Positions 1-8,911 of a stretch of 64,000 nt of DNA are shown one piece after another. Numbering within the stretch: the stretch's first letter is position 1; each line of letters starts with the position of its first letter. The notes under the pieces were generated by a model, which did not search any database, was not told where the DNA came from, and was given only the letters and a program-made list of their open reading frames with translations. A program made the position numbers and the translations under genes. Location of the stretch: IMG/VR virus record IMGVR_UViG_3300045999_009829. One strand, 5' to 3'. The stretch comes from a virus.

Positions 1-256
1 CCGACTTTGATGCCACAAAGAAGTTGCCAGTCTCTGGGTCCTTGCCGAATACCACACTGGGTGATCCGTCATACTTCACAGTCAGTCTTGACTTTGACTT
101 CTTGCCCAACAGAATGTTGTGGACATCTTCAAGGTTGTCAGCTGCATGGGCAACGCCCTCGTCACCGCCGTGGATGATGTGATCCTCTGCATGCTCTAAG
201 TGCTTAAGCTTGTCAACGTCCAGAGACTCAGTAAGAAATCTTGCAAATGCTAACAC
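1..256 (-). CDS. Conserved T4-like phage protein with KxDG nucleotidyltransferase/ligase-like motif (runs off the window)
   Basis: Not in ORF track. Manual translation from GTG 256: MLAFARFLTESLDVDKLKHLEHAEDHIIHGG...TVKYDGSPSVVFGKDPETGNFFVASKS. Confidence 0.7.
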   Translation of the reverse strand, partial: MLAFARFLTESLDVDKLKHLEHAEDHIIHGGDEGVAHAADNLEDVHNILLGKKSKSRLTVKYDGSPSVVFGKDPETGNFFVASKS

Positions 257-276
257 GGTTGAGGATCTCCGGGGGT

Positions 277-1284
277 TCAGTGACCAAGAATCTTCTTTAT
301 CTTTTTGGCGCCCTCATCCGTACCGATGTGGGTGTGTGACTTGTCTAGCTTCCTGATCATGAACTGAACGGTGCGGGCGTTGTCGTTCACCCTGTCCTTC
401 TGTCGGATCCTAAATCTACCGACACCCTCCATTGATGGGAGACCGAGCTTGTGCCTGTCCTTGTCTCGGCTCAGACCTGCTCTGTACGTGCCGTGGGAGT
501 CTAGATGAACAACATCGACGTGGTGGTCCTTCATGTACGCGTGAGCTGGAGACAAGTCATGATCGTCTGAAAACACCTCTTCAGCTGTGGTCCGATGCGC
601 TGGCTTTACGTAGTCCTTACCCTGCACGTCGTTGATGTGGTCAATCAGCTTCTTCTTTTTGCCGTTTACCGTAACGTGGGCCTTTTCAATTGCTGCGGCG
701 TACTCCGGTCTATTCTGTCTGGCCTTATCGCTGATGTGCCAGCGCCCGGTCTTCGGATGTCTCGTGAGAGTTAGCTGACCGAAGGCAGCCGTGAGATTTG
801 ACTTGTGCTCTCCTGTAACCGCGGATTCATTTGTGGTGACGCCCTCAGAACCACTGATCTTCTTTTGAGTCTTGCCTCTCTTGTCGATGAGATGAAAGTC
901 ATTTCCTGCCGTAGACCCTGCACCCCCGCCACTCATCAGACCATGACCGTTAAGGTGCTTGACCAGGGTGTTTTCCTGAGCCAGACCTATGTTCTTTCTG
1001 TCACTGACCTTCTTGATCTTGCTGATGGGGACAGCGACCTTGTTTGAACCTTCCTTGCTCACAACCACATGGTGCACACCGTTGCTGTCGACGTGATGTG
1101 AGTGCATGGTGACCTTATCACCTGTCCTGAAGTCTCCTACATCGCCGTCGATCTCGTGTGACAGAGGCTTGTGAGCCGGCTGTCCTGCAACAAATGGCTT
1201 AATATACTTGCTTGCATGATATTCACCTCTGGCGCCAGATGCGGTGAGCTTAGCTTCTGAGATAAAGCTAACAAATGAGAGCAT
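277..1284 (-). CDS. His/Lys-rich hypothetical protein, possible internal head protein with PD-(D/E)xK-like motifs
   Basis: 335 aa; N-terminus MLSFVSFISE; late-type CATAAATA at 1317-1324; E...D...EHK motif spacing. Confidence 0.6.
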   Translation of the reverse strand: MLSFVSFISEAKLTASGARGEYHASKYIKPFVAGQPAHKPLSHEIDGDVGDFRTGDKVTMHSHHVDSNGVHHVVVSKEGSNKVAVPISKIKKVSDRKNIGLAQENTLVKHLNGHGLMSGGGAGSTAGNDFHLIDKRGKTQKKISGSEGVTTNESAVTGEHKSNLTAAFGQLTLTRHPKTGRWHISDKARQNRPEYAAAIEKAHVTVNGKKKKLIDHINDVQGKDYVKPAHRTTAEEVFSDDHDLSPAHAYMKDHHVDVVHLDSHGTYRAGLSRDKDRHKLGLPSMEGVGRFRIRQKDRVNDNARTVQFMIRKLDKSHTHIGTDEGAKKIKKILGH

Positions 1285-1325
1285 GATTCTTCTCCACAGA
1301 GACTATTAGTTTGTGGTATTTATGC

Positions 1326-1356
1326 AAAAAGGGATCGGGCCCTAAGACCCGATCCC
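1326..1356 (-). terminator. Intrinsic terminator
   Basis: GGGATCGGGTC-TTAG-GGCCCGATCCC followed by TTTTT on the minus strand. Confidence 0.85.
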
Positions 1357-1468
1357 CTGCATTCAAGAGTAAGACTGTCGAGCGGAACCCCACCGTGCTC
1401 CCGACTGTTCCTTTCGGTTATCCCCTGTGCCTCTGCTTGTCTAGATCAAGCAAGTCTTACTTCATTGA
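1326..1468 (-). ncRNA. Putative late-expressed structured small RNA
   Basis: TATAAATA at 1472-1479; closing stem AGTAAGACT/AGTCTTACT; internal hairpins; own terminator; no minus-strand ORF in the track. Confidence 0.6.
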
Positions 1469-1471
1469 GCT

Positions 1472-1479
1472 TATTTATA
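1472..1479 (-). promoter_or_regulatory. T4-type late (gp55) promoter TATAAATA
   Basis: Exact consensus. Confidence 0.75.
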
Positions 1480-1484
1480 CAAGT

Positions 1485-1742
1485 TTAGCCGATTCTATGA
1501 GACGGTTGCAAAATAAATGCAGGCGTCCACCCGTCGAAGGCCCGCCCTTCCTGTAGTGATTTGCGGAACTTATGAGCCTCATCAAACGTGTAAAACTGCT
1601 TGATGACCTGGTCAGTGGCCCGTTCGATTACCTGAAAGCCGTCATACTGAAACACGCCCTCAGGCTTTGCGGTCGGCTTGCCTAGGACATAGTACTTGCC
1701 CGGCTCGGGAGTCACGTTGTCTGAGTACATCTTCTTCTTCAC
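1485..1742 (-). CDS. Hypothetical protein
   Basis: 85-aa ORF translationally coupled in the gp41 operon. Confidence 0.7.
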   Translation of the reverse strand: MKKKMYSDNVTPEPGKYYVLGKPTAKPEGVFQYDGFQVIERATDQVIKQFYTFDEAHKFRKSLQEGRAFDGWTPAFILQPSHRIG

Positions 1743-1939
1743 TTCTTGATTGCATCCATGAGACGACGATATATCGTGATTGCTTCAGCGATATCCGCTA
1801 CAGGTAGGTCGGGAAACTCTGGCTGTGGGGTAGAGTGCTGCCATCGGTTCTCCAAGACCATGCGCTTTGTAAACATCTGATCTCTTACTTCAGTCACTGC
1901 CATCTCTAGGACTTTAAACTTCAGTTCGTTATCTGTCAT
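1739..1939 (-). CDS. Hypothetical protein
   Basis: 66-aa ORF with ATGA overlaps on both sides. Confidence 0.65.
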   Translation of the reverse strand: MTDNELKFKVLEMAVTEVRDQMFTKRMVLENRWQHSTPQPEFPDLPVADIAEAITIYRRLMDAIKK

Positions 1940-3345
1940 GCAAATCCGTCCATCTTCTTGCTGCCAAACTTAGAGCGCTTCTTGAAGAAGTCAGAGTCAC
2001 GCTCGCCAAACTCAGACTTGTCCATTACAGGTCGATCATCCATGATGCCATCCTGTGCGGCCTCATCCACATCATACAACTTCATCTTGGATCTGTCAAC
2101 ACCAATGACAAACCTGCGGTTCTTAGCTGGATCATTGAAGCGGTTCTTCAACTGCTTGACCATGAGCTGATTGAGTGACTCGAGTTCCTCGCTGTTGATC
2201 AGAGCGAACATGAAGTCAGCCGTGGCTGGCAGACCGAAGGACTCGGAGGTGTCCGTCAGATCGACGTCGCTGTTGCTGTAGCCGCTTCGAGTCGTCTGAG
2301 TGGCAGTGACGATGGGCACACTGAACTCGACTGCAAGGGCTCGAAGCTCCTCGGCTATGGCCTTGATGTAGGTGTAGCTGTTCACGTTGGCTGTGTACTT
2401 TACCCGACTCGATGCGCAGATGTTGATGTAGTCGATATAGATGATGTCGGGGATGAAGTTCTTCTTGAGCTTGAGCTCATTCAGCAGGTGTCTGAAGTTG
2501 GCGGAACCAGCCGATGAGGTCGGATATTCCTTGATGATGAGCTTGCCCGTGGTCTTGTTCTTGACTCTGGCGATCTTCTTCTGGAACGCGTCGAAGGGCA
2601 TCACCGCAAGCTCGTCGATGGTCACGTCTAGCAGGTTGGAGTCGATGCGCTCAGCGATCCTCTCCTCGGCCATCTCCATGGTGATGTAGAGGACGTTCTT
2701 ACCGTCAAGCAGGTTGCCTGCCGCACAGTGACACATGAACATCGACTTACCGACGCCGGTGCCAGCCAGGCACACGCTGAGGGTCTTCTTGGGCAGACCG
2801 CCCTTCGTGATGGTATTGAAGTACTCTAGGTTGAAAGGAAGCCTTAGCTCCTTGCGGTGGTAGAACTCGTATCGGGCCTCGGCGTCGTCAAGGAAGTTGT
2901 GACCGATGTTGGTGTCAAAGCTCACCGCAAGTGCGTCGGACAGCACCTGAGGGATGGAGTCCTTGGTGAGCTTTGGATCCTTGTTGTCGAGGATCTGGAT
3001 AGACTTCATGATCCCGTTGTAGACTGCCTTCTCCTGGCAGAACTTCTCAGTCTTCTCGACTAGCCACTCGAGGTTGGTCTTGGGATCAAACTCGTCTAAC
3101 TGGGTGATGGCATCCCGTACTGAAGTGTGTAGGTCCTCATCCGAGCCCCGACGAGAGTCGTTGTCGATGTGGAGGATCTCGGTGGACGGGAACTTGTTGT
3201 ACTTGTGGACGTAGTCCTCGATCAGCTCGAAGACGGACCTGTCAATGCGATCCTGAAAGTACTCGGACTTCAGGAAGGGGATGACCTTTCTCCCGAAGTC
3301 CTCGCGGTTGATCAGGTTAGTAAAGATGACTTTTTCAAACGTCAT
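1936..3345 (-). CDS. 41: Replicative DNA helicase (T4 gp41-like)
   Basis: Walker A AGTGVGKS, YITMEMAEE, IYIDYINI, TATQTTRSG, SESFGLPATAD. Confidence 0.97.
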   Translation of the reverse strand: MTFEKVIFTNLINREDFGRKVIPFLKSEYFQDRIDRSVFELIEDYVHKYNKFPSTEILHIDNDSRRGSDEDLHTSVRDAITQLDEFDPKTNLEWLVEKTEKFCQEKAVYNGIMKSIQILDNKDPKLTKDSIPQVLSDALAVSFDTNIGHNFLDDAEARYEFYHRKELRLPFNLEYFNTITKGGLPKKTLSVCLAGTGVGKSMFMCHCAAGNLLDGKNVLYITMEMAEERIAERIDSNLLDVTIDELAVMPFDAFQKKIARVKNKTTGKLIIKEYPTSSAGSANFRHLLNELKLKKNFIPDIIYIDYINICASSRVKYTANVNSYTYIKAIAEELRALAVEFSVPIVTATQTTRSGYSNSDVDLTDTSESFGLPATADFMFALINSEELESLNQLMVKQLKNRFNDPAKNRRFVIGVDRSKMKLYDVDEAAQDGIMDDRPVMDKSEFGERDSDFFKKRSKFGSKKMDGFA

Positions 3346-3587
3346 TCAGCCCTCTTGTAAATTCCGAGTACGTAGTTCTCTGCAGCATCCTCTACGTATT
3401 GGATACTTTTACCCTTAATCACCATGTAGTCAACAAGAGTCTCACCCTCATACAAGTCGATGACGTACGAAGAGCCTTCGTTGATGGACCAGACTACAGA
3501 GCGCCTGGATCCATCCGGACTTTGAAAACTGGATACGGAGACCTCTACATCAGACGTCATCATCTTGATCCTCCGGCATGATGTCAT
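3342..3587 (-). CDS. Hypothetical protein
   Basis: ORF between uvsX and gp41; C-terminus YVEDAAENYVLG; true start probably ~3563. Confidence 0.65.
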   Translation of the reverse strand: MTSCRRIKMMTSDVEVSVSSFQSPDGSRRSVVWSINEGSSYVIDLYEGETLVDYMVIKGKSIQYVEDAAENYVLGIYKRAE

Positions 3588-4599
3588 TCATGCCCAGGCT
3601 GTAGCGGCGCTGGATCCAGCCGGAGAAGTCAGTCTCGTCGAGCAGGGTCTTCCAGAAGTCACCGTTGTCGACGATGTCGGCTGCACGATAGTTCTTTGTG
3701 GCAATCTCACCGGTCTCCTGGTCAACACGGGCATACCAGCCCTGCTTTGGCTTGGTCATGAAGCCGCCCTCAAGTGCCAGATCGAGCAGACCAGACCACT
3801 TGTTGATGCCCGAGTCGTAGTTGACCGTAATGGGAATCTTGGACTTTTCCTTGACGTGGCGAGACTTTTCCACGTTGATGATGAAGTGGTAGCCCTTGAT
3901 CTCCTTGTCGTCCTTGTCCTGCTGACGGCCGATGATCCAGATGTTGTCGGCAGAGTAGTAGATGCCGGTACCGCCACTGACCACGGGCTTCGAGAACATC
4001 TCCTGCGTCATGTACACGTGGTTCACGACGACCATCGGAATGTCCTTGAGGGTCAGGTGAGGTGTGACCATGCGGAACAGAGACTTCAACTGCTTGGCTC
4101 GAGTCATGTCTGCCGCCGAACTCTGCTTTAGGGCATCCTCGACTTCCTTCTTCGAGGCCAAGTTGCCGACCGAGTCAACGATGATCATGACCTTGTCGTC
4201 ACGCTTCAGTTCCTGCAGCTGAGCCATCACGTCGAACTTTAGCTGCTCGATGTCGGTGATGGGCGTGTGGACCACGGACTCCATCGGGACGCCAAACGAC
4301 GAGAAGTAGGACTGAGGCGTGCCGAACTCCGAGTCATAGAACAGGATGATGCCGTCTGGGTGAGCCTTGAGGAAGGCGGCAGCCATGAGCAGAGAGAAGG
4401 CCGTCTTGAAGTGCTTGGACGGCGCCGCGAGTACCGTCAGACCCGGCGTGAGCCCGCCGTCAATGCGGCCAGACAGCGCCACGTTGATCATGGGGACTCG
4501 AGTCGGGATCATGTCCTTGCGGCCGTAGATCTTGGAGTCGGTGAGTGTAGCGGTGAAGTCTATGGTGCTGTTCTTGATCAGGCGTTCTTTGAGAGACAT
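3550..4599 (-). CDS. uvsX: RecA-like recombinase UvsX
   Basis: APSKHFKT, FYDSEFG, DSVGNLASKKE, SGGTGIYYSAD. Confidence 0.97.
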   Translation of the reverse strand: MSLKERLIKNSTIDFTATLTDSKIYGRKDMIPTRVPMINVALSGRIDGGLTPGLTVLAAPSKHFKTAFSLLMAAAFLKAHPDGIILFYDSEFGTPQSYFSSFGVPMESVVHTPITDIEQLKFDVMAQLQELKRDDKVMIIVDSVGNLASKKEVEDALKQSSAADMTRAKQLKSLFRMVTPHLTLKDIPMVVVNHVYMTQEMFSKPVVSGGTGIYYSADNIWIIGRQQDKDDKEIKGYHFIINVEKSRHVKEKSKIPITVNYDSGINKWSGLLDLALEGGFMTKPKQGWYARVDQETGEIATKNYRAADIVDNGDFWKTLLDETDFSGWIQRRYSLGMNDIMPEDQDDDV

Positions 4600-4653
4600 G
4601 CTTAGCTCCTGTGGATGGATGTCGGATTTAGTATATCACCGGCTGGCAAAAAG

Positions 4654-4872
4654 TCAACCGTCAACTAGCTTGTTCATCTTCTTGATGAATTCATCAATCC
4701 GTTGAACACGGTCCTTTCCAGCCCACTTGATGATGTCCTTGTCTGGGTTAGACTTGAGGTTCTTAAGCAGGGGCATGATCATGTCCCGGAGTTGCTCTGC
4801 CTTGTCGTTCCTCTCGATGACTGTGGTGAGTTCTGACTCGTCCACAATGGAGAAACCGAAGTCGTCTTCCAT
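4654..4872 (-). CDS. Hypothetical protein
   Basis: 72-aa ORF (DDFGFS...PLLKNLKSNPDKDIIKW) just downstream of gp43. Confidence 0.7.
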   Translation of the reverse strand: MEDDFGFSIVDESELTTVIERNDKAEQLRDMIMPLLKNLKSNPDKDIIKWAGKDRVQRIDEFIKKMNKLVDG

Positions 4873-4881
4873 AATTGTCTC

Positions 4882-7398
4882 CTAACCGAAGAAGTCTTCT
4901 AGAGTGTTGATCTTTTCTACCTGCCATCCGACAACCTCAAGCAGGGATCGGATGGGCTCCAGAAATGACTTCTGGAACTGAATCTCGTAGTCCACATAGC
5001 GATGCAGGTCTAGCTCAGTGGGCAGCTCATCCAGGATGGCGATCACGTGGTCACCGATGGGGTTGGGCGTCTTGAGGTACGCAAACTTCACCTTGTCGCC
5101 GTCGCCGATCATCTGGTACTTCTTGTCGAGGTCCCGCTTCCTGAGCAGGTCGTTGTATAGCAGGGCGCCCTTGACGTGGATCGGCGTGCCCTTCATGTAC
5201 ACGGAGTGTCTGTCACGGTACTTATCCATCCCCTTCATGCCTCGGGGGAACGCCACCTCCTCGAAGGGCAGCTTCATGAACTGACCCTTGAACTCGGCGA
5301 TGAATGCCTGGACCGTGACCTCGTCCTCGTTCATGATGATGCGGAGGGCCTTCTTGATGCTCGCCCGACACGCCTTGGGAGTAGAGGACCGAACCGCCTC
5401 GATGCCCATGACCTTGAGCTGAGGCTCCGTGTACCGAACGTCCTCGATGTCGAGGGCATTCAGTATGTACATCTTGCGGGCCTTCCAGATGCCCTTGTTG
5501 GCGATGGTCTCCCGCTTCATGAACATCTTCTGAGAGTAGGCGTGCATGTAGTCTGCCAGACCCTCATACGACTTGTTGATGACCGACTGGATCTTGCTCT
5601 TGCAGAACTTGTCCAGAGCCTCGACAATCTTGTCCCGGTCGGTGACCCCAAGCAACTTGACCAGCGGATCCATGTTGACGTAGATCGAGTCGGTGTCAGC
5701 CGCGATCACGTAGTCGATGTCATTGGTCTTGAGCAGACCGTTGAGGTACTCGTTGAAGTCCCGCTCGATCCACCGGATGGACAGCTGACCAGACATGGTG
5801 ATCGCCTCAGCCAAGTCGAAGTCAAACCACCGGAAGTACTCGTTGGCCAAGGCGCCGTAAGCTGAGTTCAACTGGATCTTCTTGGCGAGCTGCAGGTTGT
5901 GGTACCTGGCGATCCTGTTGGTGACCTCTCGGCGCTTGTCACTGTCAGCGGTCAGAGTCTCGAGTTCTCGCTTGGCCTCGAGCATCTTTTTCTTGTACTC
6001 GGTGCGGTCGTTGTACATCTTCTCCATCAGCGCCGGCAGGAAGCCCTGCTTGTCCTTGGAGAACTTCACGCCGTTGGCAGCATATGCTACCCCCTGCTCC
6101 TCGATAACCGCGTGCTTGTCCAGGATCGAGTCGATCACCGGGAAGTAGGGCTCTCGACTGAGCTTGGTCTCCGGGCTGATGTTGTACTGCATGATCAGGT
6201 GCGGATACAGGCTGTTCAAGTCAAACGACACCACCCAGTCATACATGCCGGGCTTGACTTCCTTCACGTGACCGCCGACTAGCGACTGGCTGAAGTCGCC
6301 CTTCTTAAACTGAGGGATGACAACGGCACGGTCCATCAGGTAGTTGTGGATGATCACGTCCCAGGGAAGCACGGTGGTCATTACGTCGCTGTAGTTGACC
6401 TTGGCGTCGTAGGCAAAGGCGATGACCTGGTCGATGAACTTGAGCTTCTCCTCAAGCAAGTCGACTACGGTGGTGTCCTGGATGTTATAGTCGATGAACA
6501 GCTCGAAGTTCTTGCGGTAGAGGTCATCAAGACTGGTGTAGCCCTGAGCCTTGTAGTCGAGCTTCTTGATCTGGAGGTTCTCGACCTCAGCGATGGACTC
6601 TAGCTTGTAGCTCTCCTGCTGCTCGAACTTGAACTTCTTGTAGAGGTTGAGGTAGTCCAGGATGCTGATCCCAGCCGGCGTGAATGCCTGGTTCTCTCGG
6701 CCGTGGATCTCTACGGTCCGCTCCTCGAGGATGCCCCACGGTGAGAGCTTCTTGGCCTCTGCCATGCCCAGGACGTTCTTAATCCTGTTCACGATGTAGG
6801 GCAAGTCGAAGAACTCTATGTTCCAGCCGGTCAAGATGTCGGGCTGATAGCGTCCAGACTGCCAGATCTTCAGGAAGTTGTTGAGGAGGTGCCACTCGTC
6901 CTTGCACTTGATGTAGTGCACGTTGTCGGCCTTGGGCTTGTAGTCAAAGTAGCCCAGCACCACCTTCTCGCCTCGGCGGCTGAGGGTGATGGCGGTGATT
7001 TCCTTGTCGGCGGCTGCAATGTCTGGGAACCCATCAGACGAGTCCGTCTCGATGTCGATGCCGATCACGTTGATCCACGAGGGATCGTAGTCAAGCTCGC
7101 CGTGGAACTTGTCGTAGATGTAGAGGTACTTGAAGTGGTTGAGGCCGTAGATGTCTACGTTCGACACGTCGGAGTAGCGCTTGATGAAGTCCCGAGCGTC
7201 CGAGATGGACTCGAAGTCCATCCGCTCGACTGGTCGGCCGTCTAGGGTCCGGTACTTCGTGTTCCCGTCCCGGCGACTCGACAAGAACATGTAGGGCTTG
7301 TAGTCGATGATGTCCTGAACGCGACGATTGTCACTGGTGTAGCCGCGGAGATAGATTTTGTCTCCGCGGCTGTAAACGTTGGTGTAGAACTTTGCCAT
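4882..7398 (-). CDS. 43: Family B DNA polymerase (T4 gp43-like)
   Basis: Exonuclease DIET and GWNIEFFD; polymerase SFDLNSLYP, KIQLNSAYG, DTDS. Confidence 0.98.
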   Translation of the reverse strand: MAKFYTNVYSRGDKIYLRGYTSDNRRVQDIIDYKPYMFLSSRRDGNTKYRTLDGRPVERMDFESISDARDFIKRYSDVSNVDIYGLNHFKYLYIYDKFHGELDYDPSWINVIGIDIETDSSDGFPDIAAADKEITAITLSRRGEKVVLGYFDYKPKADNVHYIKCKDEWHLLNNFLKIWQSGRYQPDILTGWNIEFFDLPYIVNRIKNVLGMAEAKKLSPWGILEERTVEIHGRENQAFTPAGISILDYLNLYKKFKFEQQESYKLESIAEVENLQIKKLDYKAQGYTSLDDLYRKNFELFIDYNIQDTTVVDLLEEKLKFIDQVIAFAYDAKVNYSDVMTTVLPWDVIIHNYLMDRAVVIPQFKKGDFSQSLVGGHVKEVKPGMYDWVVSFDLNSLYPHLIMQYNISPETKLSREPYFPVIDSILDKHAVIEEQGVAYAANGVKFSKDKQGFLPALMEKMYNDRTEYKKKMLEAKRELETLTADSDKRREVTNRIARYHNLQLAKKIQLNSAYGALANEYFRWFDFDLAEAITMSGQLSIRWIERDFNEYLNGLLKTNDIDYVIAADTDSIYVNMDPLVKLLGVTDRDKIVEALDKFCKSKIQSVINKSYEGLADYMHAYSQKMFMKRETIANKGIWKARKMYILNALDIEDVRYTEPQLKVMGIEAVRSSTPKACRASIKKALRIIMNEDEVTVQAFIAEFKGQFMKLPFEEVAFPRGMKGMDKYRDRHSVYMKGTPIHVKGALLYNDLLRKRDLDKKYQMIGDGDKVKFAYLKTPNPIGDHVIAILDELPTELDLHRYVDYEIQFQKSFLEPIRSLLEVVGWQVEKINTLEDFFG

Positions 7399-7452
7399 TA
7401 CGAATCCTGAGAGTGCGGTGAGACCTTCAGTATATCACATGTAGAGCAAAGG

Positions 7453-8088
7453 TCAACGGAAGATTTCAAGCGCTCTCTTGTATGAATCTCTGCGCTTGTC
7501 TAGGCCGTGCACAGAGGACATTGCGCCGGCGGGACCAGCGTTAATGATCCTGCTGACCTCGTCGATGTTGCCCTTGTCGGCAACTGCGTTCAGCTTGTTT
7601 GTCTCCCAGAACCAGCCGGCAGACATGCAGGCGCCCTCTGGGTTGTTCATGTAGTCCGACGCCTCTTCGGCTGTCATACCCATGGACTTGCCGAACGCCG
7701 TGTAGTTGTTCTTGCCGGTCAGCTGAATGAACCCGCGGCCGCGGTACCTCCAGCCGTCGCCCGAGGCCTCAGAGCCGTTGCCCATCCTGTCCCTGTAGAC
7801 TCGGTTGGCGATCTTCTCTGGCGCCCTATCATAGGCATTGGGGTCGACATCCCTGAAATGCCTGGGGAACACCTCAGTCAGTCTCTTGGCGCTGTAGTTC
7901 AAGTTCTCTTCACGAGCCCTCAGACCGCCAGACTCGATGTCGATCTGCGCCATAAACGCGGCAACGCGCTCTGGTGTATTGATGGAGTACTGCTCAAGCG
8001 CATGGTTCAGGTCGTCGACCAGGGGCTCGACCGTCGCGGCAGGCGTCTTGTTAAAAAATGCTGTAAGCTGCTCTCTTGTAACCTTCAT
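7453..8088 (-). CDS. Glycoside hydrolase family 19 endolysin
   Basis: AAFMAQIDIESG, EENLNYS, GDGWRYRGRGFIQLTGKNNY, SAGWFW. Confidence 0.9.
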   Translation of the reverse strand: MKVTREQLTAFFNKTPAATVEPLVDDLNHALEQYSINTPERVAAFMAQIDIESGGLRAREENLNYSAKRLTEVFPRHFRDVDPNAYDRAPEKIANRVYRDRMGNGSEASGDGWRYRGRGFIQLTGKNNYTAFGKSMGMTAEEASDYMNNPEGACMSAGWFWETNKLNAVADKGNIDEVSRIINAGPAGAMSSVHGLDKRRDSYKRALEIFR

Positions 8089-8102
8089 GCGATCCTCCAA
8101 TG

Positions 8103-8128
8103 AAAGAAGGGGGCAAAGCGCCCCCTTC
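8103..8128 (-). terminator. Hairpin terminator between hsp20-DUF1127 and the endolysin
   Basis: GAAGGGGGC-GCTTT-GCCCCCTTC-TTT; late-like TATAAGTA abuts it (8129-8136). Confidence 0.65.
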
Positions 8129-8131
8129 TAC

Positions 8132-8311
8132 TTATACTCCAAACTTGGAGTTTGAAAGCCTCTCGGACAAGGCTTTTATGTCGGACCTCTGGACTCCAAT
8201 GTCCTGGAGGTCACGATCTGATAGTCGGTCCAGGTTGTTGATCTGCCTGTTGAACGCGACCGTGCCGCGAACCCCCTGAATAAAGTGGGACACGAAGTCC
8301 TTGAGAGCCAT
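8132..8311 (-). CDS. DUF1127 (YjiS-like) small protein
   Basis: LDRLSDRDLQDIGVQRSDI signature; ATG at 8311 overlaps the hsp20 stop (TGATG). Confidence 0.85.
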   Translation of the reverse strand: MALKDFVSHFIQGVRGTVAFNRQINNLDRLSDRDLQDIGVQRSDIKALSERLSNSKFGV

Positions 8312-8769
8312 CACTTGCTGCCCGCCTCCTTGACTTCGATCTTGCGGGGCTTCTTCTCTTCCGGGATCATGTGCTCGAGCCAAACCTTGAGCATGCCGTT
8401 GATGAGTTCGGCATTGTGGATCTCGACGTTGTCGGCCAGCGTGAAGCGGCGAGTAAATGCCCGACTGGCGATACCGTAGTGGAGGTAGTTAGCCTTCTCG
8501 TCATCAGTATCGGCGGCAGCGTTGCCCTTGATGACCAGCTTGCTGTCCTCGAGCGTGAGCTCGATATCCTGCTTGGTAAAGCCGGCAACCGCCATCTCGA
8601 TCACGTACTTGTTGTCGTCGACCTTCTTGAGATTGAACGGAGGGTACGAGGCCGCATTGTTAGCGAGCCACTCGGAGCCTTCCTTGAGTGACTTGGCGAG
8701 CTTGTCAGCGCCGATGAAGAATCGGTCGAAGTTGCTCGAGTCGAACGTGTAGGTCTTCCAGTGTGTCAT
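8311..8769 (-). CDS. hsp20: Small heat shock protein (Hsp20/IbpA family)
   Basis: YPPFNL, IEMAVAGF, GIASRAFTRRFTLAD, NGMLKVWLE, PEEKKPRKIEV. Confidence 0.95.
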   Translation of the reverse strand: MTHWKTYTFDSSNFDRFFIGADKLAKSLKEGSEWLANNAASYPPFNLKKVDDNKYVIEMAVAGFTKQDIELTLEDSKLVIKGNAAADTDDEKANYLHYGIASRAFTRRFTLADNVEIHNAELINGMLKVWLEHMIPEEKKPRKIEVKEAGSK

Positions 8770-8826
8770 GTCTTTCTCCTGTTAAAGCGAGATTGGTGTT
8801 GTGGATGCCCATTCGGCGCACCCAAT
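8770..8826 (-). promoter_or_regulatory. ROSE-like RNA thermometer in the hsp20 5' UTR
   Basis: UCUCGCU-UUAAC-AGGAGA pairs the SD with a bulged G; upstream hairpin GGGUGC/GCAUCC. Confidence 0.6.
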
Positions 8827-8830
8827 GCAT

Positions 8831-8858
8831 ATATAGGCGCATTCTTGTAGGAGTCAAC
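8831..8858 (-). promoter_or_regulatory. RpoH-like (or sigma70) promoter for hsp20
   Basis: GTTGAC-N15-CCTATAT. Confidence 0.55.
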
Positions 8859-8911
8859 GGAAATGTGAAAGGATTTTTACACTCCGTAAAGCTTTTAGAG
8901 GGTCAGTCAGT

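Noticed and set aside
3565-7245. Long + strand ORFs opposite the replication genes
   Set aside because: Typical antisense shadows of C/G-ending codon bias, with no motifs or RBS.
1936-7398. Introns or inteins in gp41, uvsX or gp43 (also gp17, gp46)
   Set aside because: The proteins are contiguous and of normal length, with no intein motifs.
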